NCBI GenBank assembly: GCA_030141605.1 | Contig: JAQGDQ010001347.1 | Coordinates: forward strand, 1 to 45,738 | Source of the DNA: Tubiluchus corallicola | Lineage: Eukaryota > Animalia > Priapulida | Reading direction: 5' to 3' | DNA: 45,738 nt | In this document: one piece after another, positions 32,601-41,800 of the stretch | Layout of the letters: every line of letters starts with the position of its first letter | How positions within the stretch are numbered: the first letter of the stretch is position 1 | Position numbers and translations under genes: made by a program | The notes under the pieces: generated by a model | Told to the model about the DNA's origin: nothing | The model's input: only the letters and a program-made list of their open reading frames with translations | Databases searched by the model: none

Positions 32601-32954
32601 TCTTAGCTATCTGTGAAAACTGTTATTATTACAATAGCATGGCTGCAAGGCATTGTCAAGTGTAAACAAACGCATTGTCTGGTACACTTAACCTTTCACC
32701 TCTTCACGATCATCATCATCTATTCTTGGAACTGCAAAAAGGCTCATTGCTTGGCGCTGTTTTGATGTGATTTTTTTTTCTTGGAATTTTTTGGACATTG
32801 TTTTTCCAGGATTTTCCACGAACCGGAGCTGCTGAATGAACGACTCTCTTTGTATGCAGAAGACATCTTTGGAGCTGCATATCGCTTGTTACAGGCAAGA
32901 AATAGAATAAACAACATAGAGAGACTCATCTTCATCGGATTTGCCTTGGAATAG
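14216..32954 (+). CDS. Methylthioribose-kinase-like (APH/choline kinase fold) probable pseudokinase; exons 14216-14407, 16473-(?), [N-lobe unresolved], 23615-23763, 27303-27405, 28928-29098, 30065-30212, 31370-31472, 32810-32954
   Basis: Last six exons splice in frame and show MtnK-like motifs (G..LAVFH..T; VLHGQ; GP..YDLA.LL; LAGFTG.RLI.RI; RLLQAR.RI..IERL). Linkage to the first two exons is inferred from position and strand. Confidence 0.65.
14878..15162. mobile_element. hAT-like MITE (CAGTGGCGTA ... TACGCCCCTG)
   Basis: Imperfect TIRs; 8-bp flanks gttagaag / ctgagaag match 6/8. Related element at 36685-37190. Confidence 0.6.
16473..16579 (+). CDS. Probable exon 2 (IFPDWTPRQEGSHTRSSGGHYDEL...), 3' end uncertain
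   Basis: tttgacag acceptor in phase with exon 1; 3' part is the first unit of a tandem array; nearest donor before the in-frame stop is CT|gtaaag. Confidence 0.45.
16517..17697. repeat. ~104-116 bp tandem repeat, 11 copies, derived from the exon 2 3' region
   Basis: 11 CTCGAG-initiated units separated by C(n)(CA)n linkers; two unit types in a higher-order pattern. Confidence 0.95.
17850..18248 (+). mobile_element. hAT transposon 3' remnant (dimerization-domain fossil + terminus)
   Basis: Reads RRSF..TYRSTISKER and, frameshifted, IENDIAKIIDFE, like the hATC motif ERSFS..KTYLRSTMSQERL..IE.D; ends TAGCACCGACCCTG. Confidence 0.6.
18073..19801. repeat. Long inverted repeat, arms ~18073-18621 and ~19259-19801, ~640 bp spacer
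   Basis: Arms are reverse complements; the same spurious ORF (MLVNIAETQVPHNY...) appears on both strands in the ORF track. Confidence 0.92.
19857..20374. repeat. 63-bp tandem repeat, ~8 copies, built from a hAT-MITE terminus
   Basis: Unit GGCCGTCAAGCTTGAGGACCCCTAGGCTGCAGCCTATACTAGCCTATAGGATAGTCCAGCCCT; reverse complement resembles 12058-12115. Confidence 0.92.
20661..20697. repeat. (GATA)n microsatellite
   Basis: Direct reading. Confidence 0.95.
21576..22108 (-). mobile_element. 5S-headed SINE with RTE-like body and (CAA/TAA)n tail
   Basis: 5S head joined directly to a ~350 bp GC-rich body ending ..CCATTGTCTTCCGAGACAGAAGGATGCC then (AAC)n/(AAT)n tail; no clear TSD. Confidence 0.7.
21993..22108 (-). 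pseudogene. 5S rRNA-derived sequence (head of a SINE3-type element), near full length
   Basis: Reverse complement ACGGCCAAATCACGTTGAAAACACCGGTTCGCGTCTGATCACCGAAGTTAAGCAA...GGGTGACCGCCGAGGAATACCAGGTGCTGTAGGCTT is metazoan 5S with scattered mismatches, missing ~4 5' bases and the T-run terminator. Confidence 0.9.
22266..22820. mobile_element. MITE family B, copy 2 (inverted, internally deleted)
   Basis: GTGTGCTTGC ... GCAAGCAGAC. Confidence 0.8.
22896..23285 (+). mobile_element. Solo LTR (TG..CA), 5-bp TSD GGCCC
   Basis: Perfect TSD, 10-bp terminal IR TGTGAAAGTT/AACTTTCACA, internal TATATAAA then AATAAA. Confidence 0.9.
23332..23448 (-). CDS. GTF3C6: GTF3C6 (TFIIIC subunit 6 / TFIIIC35)-like exon, nested antisense; functional gene or fragment unresolved
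   Basis: ttattacag acceptor then GLDTSQPVIQVGNQVFTGHYEDFVGTAVFFSEN, closely resembling human GIDTERPILQVDSCVFAGEYEDTLGTCVIFEEN; donor AAA|gtaaat. Absent from the ORF track. Confidence 0.7.
23615..23763 (+). CDS. MtnK-like exon (LSADLTAGEVNY..GHCLAVFHSRT)
   Basis: Pyrimidine tract + caag acceptor, AA|gtaagt donor; APH-fold G-x2-LA-x-F-H motif. Confidence 0.75.
23779..26461. repeat. 31-bp minisatellite, ~86 copies
   Basis: Unit CCACCTGGCAATGTACCTGACACATGCCTCA with point variants. Confidence 0.97.
26485..27113. mobile_element. MITE family B, copy 3
   Basis: GTGAGCTTGC ... GCAAGCAACAC; colinear with copy 1. Confidence 0.85.
27303..27405 (+). CDS. MtnK-like exon ending at a GC donor
   Basis: Only segment found bridging phase 2 to phase 0: EAFETDPERVAVKTTLQNRAFANPLSHEDRTAFP; CCG|gcaagt. 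Confidence 0.65.
27590..27935. repeat. Dispersed ~345-bp repeat, copy 1 (copy 2 at ~32400-32745)
   Basis: Shared core gtagagtgatttactagcaggatcttgcttg.gaacaagaaaaaatgaac. Confidence 0.85.
28293..28844. mobile_element. MITE family B, copy 4 (inverted, one end truncated)
   Basis: Reverse complement of copy 3 internal sequence; ends GCAAGCAACAC. Confidence 0.8.
28928..29098 (+). CDS. MtnK-like exon with altered Brenner motif (VLHGQFTANSILI)
   Basis: tttctgtag acceptor, AAG|gtggtg donor; aligns to MtnK LK..F......LIHGDLHTGSIMV. Confidence 0.8.
29539..29976. mobile_element. MITE family A, copy 2
   Basis: TA|CAGTCAACC ... GTTGACTG|TA; subterminal deletion relative to copy 1. Confidence 0.85.
30065..30212 (+). 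CDS. MtnK-like exon (ITNWGSLCVGPSSYDLASLLSDLFIAYYNH)
   Basis: tttacag acceptor, G|gtaagg donor; aligns to MtnK VIDPEF..YGP.GFD.G..L.NL..A. Confidence 0.8.
30258..30530. repeat. ~136-bp tandem duplication
   Basis: tgccgtaagtacatttgtt ... aacttacgtaggttcaaaaa occurs twice. Confidence 0.9.
30811..30946. repeat. Imperfect (GT)n microsatellite
   Basis: Direct reading. Confidence 0.9.
31370..31472 (+). CDS. MtnK-like exon (FFHQLAGFTGIRLINR)
   Basis: Long pyrimidine tract + caag, CG|gtatgg donor; matches MtnK GF.G..MIRR motif. Confidence 0.8.
31532..31876 (+). mobile_element. Solo-LTR-like element with AGT..ACT termini, copy 1
   Basis: AGTAAA...TTTACT ends, internal GATATAAG and AATAAA, flanks CAAAG/CAAAA. 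Confidence 0.7.
32400..32745. repeat. Dispersed ~345-bp repeat, copy 2
   Basis: Direct-orientation match to 27590-27935. Confidence 0.85.
32810..32954 (+). CDS. MtnK-like terminal exon
   Basis: tttttccag acceptor, phase 2, IFHEPELLNERLSLYAEDIFGAAYRLLQARNRINNIERLIFIGFALE then TAG. Confidence 0.8.
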
Positions 32955-33640
32955 GATGTCTGGCTGGTTGTCTGGGTGTCTAGCTGGCTGTCTGGATATC
33001 TGGCTGGTTGTCTGGATATCTGTTTGGTTGTCTGGGTGTGTGGCTAGTTGTCTGGGTTCTGGCTGGTTGTCTGCTATCTGGCCGAATGTCTGGGTGTCTA
33101 GCTGGTTATCTGGATATCTGGCTGGTTGTCTGCCTATCTGGCCAGTTGTCTGGGTGTCTAGCTGGTTATCTGGATATCTGGCTGGTTGTCTGCCTATCTG
33201 GCTGGTTGTCTGGGTGTGTGGCTAGTTGTCTGGGTTTCTGGCTGGTTGTCTGATATCTGGCCGAATGTCTGGGTGTCTAGCTGGTTATCTGGATATCTGG
33301 CTGGTTGTCTGCCTATCTGGCTGGTTGTCTGGGTGTGTGGCTAGTTGTCTGGGTTCTGGCTGGTTGTCTGCTATCTGGCCGGATGTGTGGGTGTCTAGCT
33401 GGTTATCTGGATATCTGGCTGCTTGTCTGCCTATCTGGCTGGTTGTGTGGGTTTGTGGCTAGTTGTTTGGGTATCTGGATGGTTGTCTGGATGTCTAGCT
33501 GGTTGCCTGGATGTCTAGCTGGTTGTCTGGTTATCTGGCTGGTTGTCTGGATATCTGGCTCTTTGTCTGGATATCTGTCTGATTGCCTGGTTATCTGGCT
33601 GGTTGTCTGGATATCTGGCTCTTTGTCTGGTTGCCTGGGT
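32955..33640. repeat. GT-rich compound repeat (TCTGGCTGGTTG-like units)
   Basis: Starts immediately after the MtnK-like stop codon. Confidence 0.9.
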
Positions 33641-33964
33641 AACTGTTATATCCTAAAACTAGTGCATTACATTAAAATTTGGGACCACAACAAAATGTTT
33701 ACCATTAAATTGAATGTGATATTTTTTATATATTAGACATTAGTGTAGGATGTATAAAGAAAAGAGGTTTAACCAAATTTATACGCTTGCCATTGTCTTG
33801 AGTATTTTGACTCGCACACAAATAGCTGCACAACAAATCAATATTTTTGCAAATGACTTAATGTTTTGTTTCCTTATTAGACAAAATATCATAATCGGCG
33901 AGTTAGATATTGTAGCTTGTTCGTATTTATGAGTTAAAATTGCAATATTTTTAAGTGTTTATAG

Positions 33965-34603
33965 CAGTCATTCCTAACTTGGGGTACGAGTACCCCTTGG
34001 GGGTATGGAATAGCTAAGCCAGGGGTAACCGAAAGTTGCGTCGTGTAAAGCGTCAGAATGTTCTGTATTGCCGTACAGCGTACAAGTACAGAGTACACGT
34101 ACAGCGTACACGTATGAAGTACAAATTTTGTGGGGGTAGCAGCTTCATGGTGTGAGGAAAGAGCTACGAGATTTAAATCCTTAAATATCACGATTGTTTG
34201 TATTTTAAAAGTTTGTTGTTTTTGCAACACATTAGCGTTTTTCGGGTAATTCACTGCGCGCTGCCGGGCGTTGTAACGGGGTCAATTTATTATGTAAAAT
34301 AGACTTCTTGGCACAGCAAAATGCGGTGGAAGTTTTTGGAAAAGCGCACATCAATGAGGCGGCCATTGAAGCTACTTCACAGTTCGACTGCAAGTTCGTC
34401 TTTTGATTTAACAAGTAATATTCCTTTTTCTTTCATTTTGTTCATGAATTTGGTGTTTCGTTTATCGTTTTTGTTTGTATAGCTAAATCATAGTAGTAAA
34501 AAATGTTTTCTTGAAACTCATGTTGTTAAAAAATGTTAAGGGGTACCCGGTAGATTGCTGAATTTTGAAAGGAACTTGGCTACAAAAAGGTTAGGAATCA
34601 CTG
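33965..34603. mobile_element. hAT (Charlie/Buster-like) non-autonomous element, 8-bp TSD GTTTATAG
   Basis: TIRs CAGTCATTCCTAAC / GTTAGGAATCACTG with a perfect 8-bp TSD. Confidence 0.9.
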
Positions 34604-34644
34604 GTTTATAGCATTGTTATAAACATGCAGTCGGTGATACATTC

Positions 34645-35281
34645 GTGTGCTTGCAAACCTGAACTGTCTGTAAGTCGGCAAAGCTAAAACTACGTTACGA
34701 TGCTGCAAAGTAGACTGCACAAAAATTTGCTCAAGTCATTTTTTCTTTTTTATAAAAACAAATGCAAAATATTTTGGACTTTAATATTCTAGCATCAGAT
34801 TATTCAGAAAATGTTCAAAAAAATACTGAAAATCTAATTTCATAACCCCCTGCCCACTTTTTTGATTAGAAAACTTTAATGCAATTGTAAAAAAACTCGT
34901 AGTTTCTCTTGGAAGCACTCATCTTGCTTCGGGGTTTTTTTTCTCTTGCCAAACCCAAATCTTCGTCAAGAAGAGCCATCTACTGGATTTGAACACAACT
35001 GCAATGTGGTCTTGTAAAGTTCATAGTAACTATATATTTGTTCAGTTGTTAATTGTTTTGTAAAGATGCGACAAAAACAATGGCTGACTTTAAAAGTGTT
35101 TTTCTCAAGATTATGTTTTTCAGTGCGTAGCCTGCACCTCAACTTCAACGTGGATTATTTCAGCTTAGAAATAACATAGAGCGATGAACTTGGTATCAAA
35201 ATGAATAGGAGATTCAGAGTATGTGAATAACTAGAAAAGCTTAATTGCCGACTTGTGGACGATTTTGCTATGTAAACGCAC
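34645..35281. mobile_element. MITE family B, copy 5 (inverted)
   Basis: GTGTGCTTGC start; colinear with copy 4. Confidence 0.85.
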
Positions 35282-35894
35282 ATTTTATGTACCTTATAGA
35301 TAGAGAATATCTTTTTATTACATTTATTTTCTTGCCTTATTTGTCAAATGATAAAATCAAGAATTATTTTATGTGGTATAAATAAACGATTCCATCTATA
35401 AATATCATATTTTTATACCATATTCATCATTTTATCATGTACATACAATATTAAGTACAACTGTTGTATTTTTGCATAGTAATAATTTTACAATTACAAT
35501 GTTAAACAGAATTATGTATGTTATTACTAGCTGATAATACTATAATACTATAGTATTATATATAATACTTATAATACTTATAATAATACTTATCAGCTAT
35601 ATAATACTAGCTGATAATCTGTGTTGATTTTTACTCTGTTGTTATGTGAAAGAATATTTATAAATGAAAAATAATACATGAAATGCTTAACCTTAGACAA
35701 ATTAAAAATCGATTTTTGACGAATAAAATGAAAAAAAATCTTTCAGTAACTGCAGTGTTTGTACTGTAACAACATACAGTGTCACTTGTGCGAAACCAGC
35801 TAATGCAGAAAATTTCACCTGTCCAGCCACAACACTCTGATACCGTTTGGCCTCAAGTCTACTCTGTTTTTAAGACGAAATTCTTGTTACAAGA

Positions 35895-35902
35895 TGAGAG
35901 GG

Positions 35903-35946
<44 letters not shown>

Positions 35947-36022
35947 AGACAGAAAGAGAGAGGCAGAGAGAGAGAGTGAGAGAGAGAGAGAGAGACAGAG
36001 AGAGGATGAGAGAGTGAGCGAG

Positions 36023-36053
<31 letters not shown>

Positions 36054-36408
36054 AAGAGATAGAAAGAGAGAGGCAGAGAGAGAGAGGGAGAGAAAGAGGC
36101 AGAGAGAGAGAGACACAGAGAGAGAAAGAGAGAGAGACAGAGAGTGAGAGAGAGAGAGAGACAGAGAGAGGATGAGAGAGTGAGCGAGAGAGAGACAGAA
36201 AGAGAGAGAGAGAGAGATAGAAAGAGAGAGGTAGAGAGAGAGAGGGAGAGAAAGAGGCAGAGAGAGAGAGACAGAGAGAGAGGCAGAGAGAGTGAGAGAC
36301 AGAAAGAGAGAGAGAAAGAGAGAGGCAGAGAGAGAGAGAGAGAGGGAGAGAAAGAGACACAGAGAGAGAAAGAGAGAGAGAGAGTGAGAGAGAAAGAGCG
36401 AGAGAGAG
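35895..36408. repeat. Imperfect (GA)n polypurine tract
   Basis: Direct reading. Confidence 0.95.
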
Positions 36409-36684
36409 TATTAGTTCTAATATTTCACACTTTCATTTTTATTGTCTATAGTTTTTAATTATATCGTGCAGTAAATGTTTGCTTTTATGTGGCCATTTGG
36501 ACCGAAATACAATGATATTAAAAATGATAAAAACAATCACTATCACTAATCATCATCGTTAACATCACATTATATCACTGCGTAATCATCACTGATCATC
36601 ATCATAGCAGGAATCGTAACTTTCCTAGCTGTATTTCTATATTTAGTTAGCATTTATAAGTGGCAGACGTATGAACAGGTTGTC

Positions 36685-37190
36685 CAGTTGTGTAGCGATT
36701 AGAGGAGCAAAGGGGGAGCAACCGTTCTCCCTGAACAAATTTTTCAAAATTGCACTTTTTCAACAATAATTTTTCTAACTCTAGTTGAAAGTGGAATCTT
36801 CTTTTATTTTTTTAATCGAATTTACTGGAGTAATTATTTGACCTATTTTGGGATTTGTTTAATAGATGTTCTGTGTGTGCTTTGTATTATGTTTTATGTC
36901 TGTGGTTATCACTAAAAATTACTAAAAAATTGTATAGCTAAATGTTTGTCTAATATGTATATTGAGAATTATATTATTTAGTATTATTGTCCTAGTCAGT
37001 AGATTTGTTCTTAATCAATAAGCCTAGAAATAATGAAGTTGAACTCAAATCAAAATACGGTAGAACTTTAACTTTATTGTGTTTTAATTTTAAATACAAA
37101 CTTAAAATGTACAACCAATGCATTGAAAATGCTTGGTATATTTCACGACGCCTTGCTCGCCCTTAACGATGAAGCATGGCTACGCTCCTG
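36685..37190. mobile_element. Old hAT-like MITE related to 14878-15162
   Basis: CAGTTGTGTAGC ... GGCTACGCTCCTG. Confidence 0.5.
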
Positions 37191-37509
37191 AGCCTGCCGA
37201 TTCCTTTCAGTTGCAGTTTTTTTCTCATTAACAACGGCAACGATCAGCAAGGTTTTAGTTCATTTGCTTACAATTTTGCTTATTCGAATGGATCAAGACA
37301 TCACAGTACGGTTAGTGTATTTAGGAAATATTCGCCGCATCGTGAGTTTGCCGTGAGCGCAGGGACAAAGTCCATCGTGGGGGTAAATACGTGTCTAATC
37401 TCAGAAGATTAATTTTTTATTCTACTGTGTCAACGCGGTGCTAGTGGTGGTTTCATAAATTACACAGATAATTGAGCAGTGAGACATTAAAAATGGATTG
37501 GTGTGAAGC

Positions 37510-38138
37510 ATTCTTTTGCACGTAGTTGCATTTTGTGAGTATTTCTTTTCATTTCTTGTAGTTTTCGTAACATAATAGTCAAAAATATGCACCTATATCT
37601 ATTCCTTTGATAGTAGTTGCATTTTGTGAGTATTTCTTTTTATTTCTTGTAGTTTTCGTAACATAATAGTCAAAAATATGCACCTATATCTATTCCTTCC
37701 CACGTAGTTGCATTTTGTGAGTATTTCTTTTTATTTTGTTGTAGTTTTTGTTACATAATATTTGCATAATAGCACCTTTACCCATTCTTTTGCAAGTAGT
37801 TGTGTTTTGTGAGTATTTCTTTTCATGTTTTGTGGTTTTTTTAACATAATAGTCACAAATATGCACCTATATCTACTCTTTTGCACGTAGTTTTGTTTTG
37901 TGAGTATTTCTTTTTATTTCTTGTAGTTTTTGTAACATAATAGTCACAAGTATGCATCTATACCTGTTCATTTGAACGTAGTTTTGTTTTGTGAGTATTT
38001 CTTTTTATTTCTTGTAGTTTTTTAACATAATAGTCAAAAATATGCACCTATATCTATTCCTTTCCACGTAGTTGCATTTTGTGAGTATTTCTTTTTATTT
38101 TGTTGTAGTTTTTGTTACATAATATTTGCATAATAGCA
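37510..38138. repeat. ~91-bp tandem repeat, ~7 copies
   Basis: gtagttgcattttgtgagtatttctttt recurs at 37522, 37613, 37704 etc. Confidence 0.92.
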
Positions 38139-38644
38139 ATTAGCAATTTTCATTTTTTGCTATAGTTGCTTACTGTTGAAAAAATTTTTTAATTCGTTTT
38201 TTTAGTTTGAAATAGCTTTAAGGCGAGAGCGCCTATCATGGATTTGCACTGATAAATTATTGTAATAAGAGAATGTTGCTTTAAATCTTAGTGTGTTTAA
38301 TTTATTTGCTCTTCCCTGGTATTAATAATGCTGCGGAATTATTATGAAATCAACAAAGCATTATATAAAATGTGGACACACTACTAACATAATTTATTTA
38401 AATCACAAAAACCCAAATTTAACTATTGCACTTTAGATACATTTCAAAAAATAAAATTTGGAAGCATAAATCACAACAAAAATAGTTCCACATTCAACTT
38501 GAGATTGCTGTTGAAAATTTCCTCAGACATGTAGTTCTAACTTGCTACGTAATTCAATATTTGTTCTAGGGGTGAGTATCGAATGTTCGAATTCGATTCG
38601 AGCGAGTTTTTTTAGTTCGAATTCGATTACCGAAATAAAAATCT

Positions 38645-38764
38645 GGGTAAAAGTACAGGTCTAGATACACCCTCGGTCTGACTCTACTTTGGCTGTAAGG
38701 GATATCGGATATAAGGGACGTCTTTTTCCGGTCCCGAGGTGTCCCTTATATCCGAGGTTAACTG
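38645..38764. mobile_element. MITE family A, inverted terminal fragment
   Basis: Reverse complement of the family A left end; preceded by a TTCGAA-rich fragment of another repeat (~38568-38635). Confidence 0.75.
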
Positions 38765-38806
38765 TAATTTTTTTGTTGCAGAAGTTGCTGAACGTTTGTA
38801 TAGTCT

Positions 38807-41800
38807 ATGAACAATTCATTGAACATGCCGAGACCAGTGGACATTTACCGGGCTTCTAGACTCAAGAAGAAGGCAAGGTCACTTGGTGATCTGAATGATG
38901 GGGAAGTTAGTCCAACTACACAGGTTAAACTACGACCCTTGAGTTAGATTTTTCTTCTTTTGTTTTGCTCTTTTTTCTCTTTCTGTCGACTTTTCTTTCT
39001 ATTTCTGTTTGCTCATCTTCTACTCATGTTTGCTCTTTTTCTACTCCTGTTTGCTCTTTTTCTACTCCTGTTTGCTCTTTTTTTACTCCTGTTTGCTCTT
39101 TTTCTACTCCTGTTTGCTCTTTTTCTACTCCTGTTTGTTCTTTTTCTACTCCTGTTTGCTCTTTTTCTACTCCTGTTTGTCTTTTGCTAGTTCTGTTTGC
39201 TCTTTTGCTAGTTCTGTTTACTCTCTTGCTACTTCTGTTCACTCTTCTGCTACATCTGCTCACTCTTTTGTTACAATATTCACTTTTTTTCTACTCCTGT
39301 TTGCTCTTTTCTACTCCTGTTTGCTCTTTTGCTAGTTCTGTTTGCTCTTTTGCTAGTTCTGTTTACTGTCTTGCTACTCCTATATGTTCTTTCGCTACTC
39401 CTGTTTGCTCTTTTTCAATTTCTGTGTGCTCTTCTTTTTACTTCTGTTCACTCTTTTGCTACATCTGCTCACTCTTTTGTTACTCTATTCACTCTCTTTC
39501 TACATCTGCTCACTCTTTTGTGACGCTACTCACTCTTTTTCTACTTCTGTTTGCTCCTTTCTGCATCTTTTTGCCCATTTTCTAGTTCTTGCAGGAAAAT
39601 CTTGAAAGCATATTAGTGAGAAACATTAAATACTGGCTGTTGTTGCAGAATATTCGCCTGTATCCACCCATGCCTTCAAAGTCATTTGGCAGTTTATCAA
39701 AGGTTAATCAGCACATTCAGCGTGGATACTCTGAACCAAACGTGCAACACCAAAGTCACGTGAGTACCTGATTGGCTGTAACAATTGAATGGTTAAGTCG
39801 GTCTGACTGTTTAACATTTCCTCACTCACTCTATCTCAGCTTCTCTCTCTCTCTCACTCTATCTCTGCCTCTCTCTCTCTCTCACTCTATCTCTGCCTCT
39901 CTCTCTCTCTCTCTCTCTTTCTCTCACTCTGTCTCTCTTTCTCACTCACACACTCTCTCTCTCTCTCTCCCCTCTCTCTCTCACTTCCCTCATCCTCTCT
40001 CTCTCTCTCCCTCTGTCCCTCTCTCTCTCCCTCACTCTCTCTATATCCTCTGTCTCTCTCTCCCTCTCTCTCCCTCACTCTCTCTCTCCCCACTGTCTCT
40101 CACTCTCTCTCCCTCACTCTCTCTCTCCCCACTGTCTCTCACTCTCTCTCTCACTCTCTCTCTCACTTTCTCTCATCCTATCTCTCTCTCCCTCTGTCTG
40201 TCTCTCTCCCTCTCTCTCTCTCTCTCCCTCACTCTCTCTCCCCACTGTCTCTCACTCTCTCTCTCGCTCTCTCTTTCTCTCTCTCTCTCTCTCCTTTTCT
40301 CTCTCTCACTCTCTCTCTCCCCTCTCTCTCACTCTCTCACTTTCTCTCATTCTCTCTCTCTCTGTGTCTGTCCCTCTCTCTCCCTTTCTCTCTCTCTCAC
40401 TCTCTCTCTCTTCCCCCCTCTCTCTCTCCCTCTCTCTCTCGCTTCCTCTCATCCCCCCTCTCTCTCTCTGTCTGTCCCTCTCTCTCTCTCCTCTCTCTCA
40501 CTTTCTCTCATCCTCTCTCTCTCCCTCTCTCTCTCCCCCTCTCTCTCTCTCACTCACTCTCTCTATATATATATCTTGCTCTCTCTTTCTGTCTCCCTAT
40601 GTGACTGTCTCTGTCTCCCTCTCTGTGTCTCTCACTCTCTCTCCGCCCTCACTGTTCTGTTTGTTCTTTGTAATACTTTCTATTCTTTTGTCTCTAGTGC
40701 TTTCTTCTCTCCCTCTCTCTCTTTTTACTCTGTCGCTCATTTATTCACTCTTTCTCTCTCCATTGTTCTCTTGCTTCCTTTTCTATCCTTTCACCCTATT
40801 CCATTATCTGCATTATCTTATTTGTTTCCCATCCCAAAATATGTATGAAGCCCATTAAGTTGTTTCATCTTTGTCGTTTTGCAAACCCGTTTTCTTTGAA
40901 ATCCAATTTTAAATTAAAAAAATTCTGTCTGTCTGTCTATCTGTCTGTCTGCCTATGCTGATTACTGTAGTTTGTTGTCTTTTTCAGATGAAGATATCTC
41001 TAACAACAAAAATTGATCCAGTCACGTTGTACATTAATCCTGTTAGCGCACCTTCACGAGCCGTGATGATGGCAGCCAAACACATGAACATCCCTGTCAA
41101 ATTAAAAACAGTTGAATGGCAACGAGCTAAACCCAAAATTCTAGTGGTTAGTTAACGTTATTTGTGGAAATTGTAATTGTATATTTTTTAGGTGCTGCCA
41201 TCTATGAACTAATCCTTTTACATTTTACTAGCTAAACTCACCCCTAGTATAATTGTACATGCATTCACTGGATCTCTCCCTATTTTACAGTAATGGTTTT
41301 TGTGAAGCCAAGTTTGCATAATCACCTATACCTATATATACTGACTGGATTTACTTTCTAGTCACTGTCTAACTCTCAGTGTTCAGTGCAGGACTCTCTT
41401 GTCCTCAGTGTTCAGTGCAGGACACTCTTGTTCTCAGTGTTCAGTGTAGCAGTCATTCTACATATGTGTATGTAGTCTAATAAACACTTCAGTTTTGTGC
41501 AAATGTAGTATAGTTGTTTATTCTTGTTCTACAAAGTGAGTTATCTACAACTTCAAACATGACTTTCACACTATTAAAGCAAAACCGGATCCGATCTTAA
41601 ACTATAGGTCAAAACAATCTTTTCCTTAAAATATAGAAGGGAAACGTACTATTTTTTCAAAAATGACTTATATGAAAGAATTATTACCACACAAACACAA
41701 TTTCACGTTCGCGTCACTAGTTCTTCACTGTTACATGCATTTCAACATTTGCTAGTTAGACGGGCACTAGCACCTGCATTTCGGAAACGTGTTGCACAAT

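Noticed and set aside
35859-40858. Long SL/ER-rich and LLF-rich ORFs
   Set aside because: Translations of (GA)n, (CT)n and 21-bp repeats that lie in introns or intergenic DNA.
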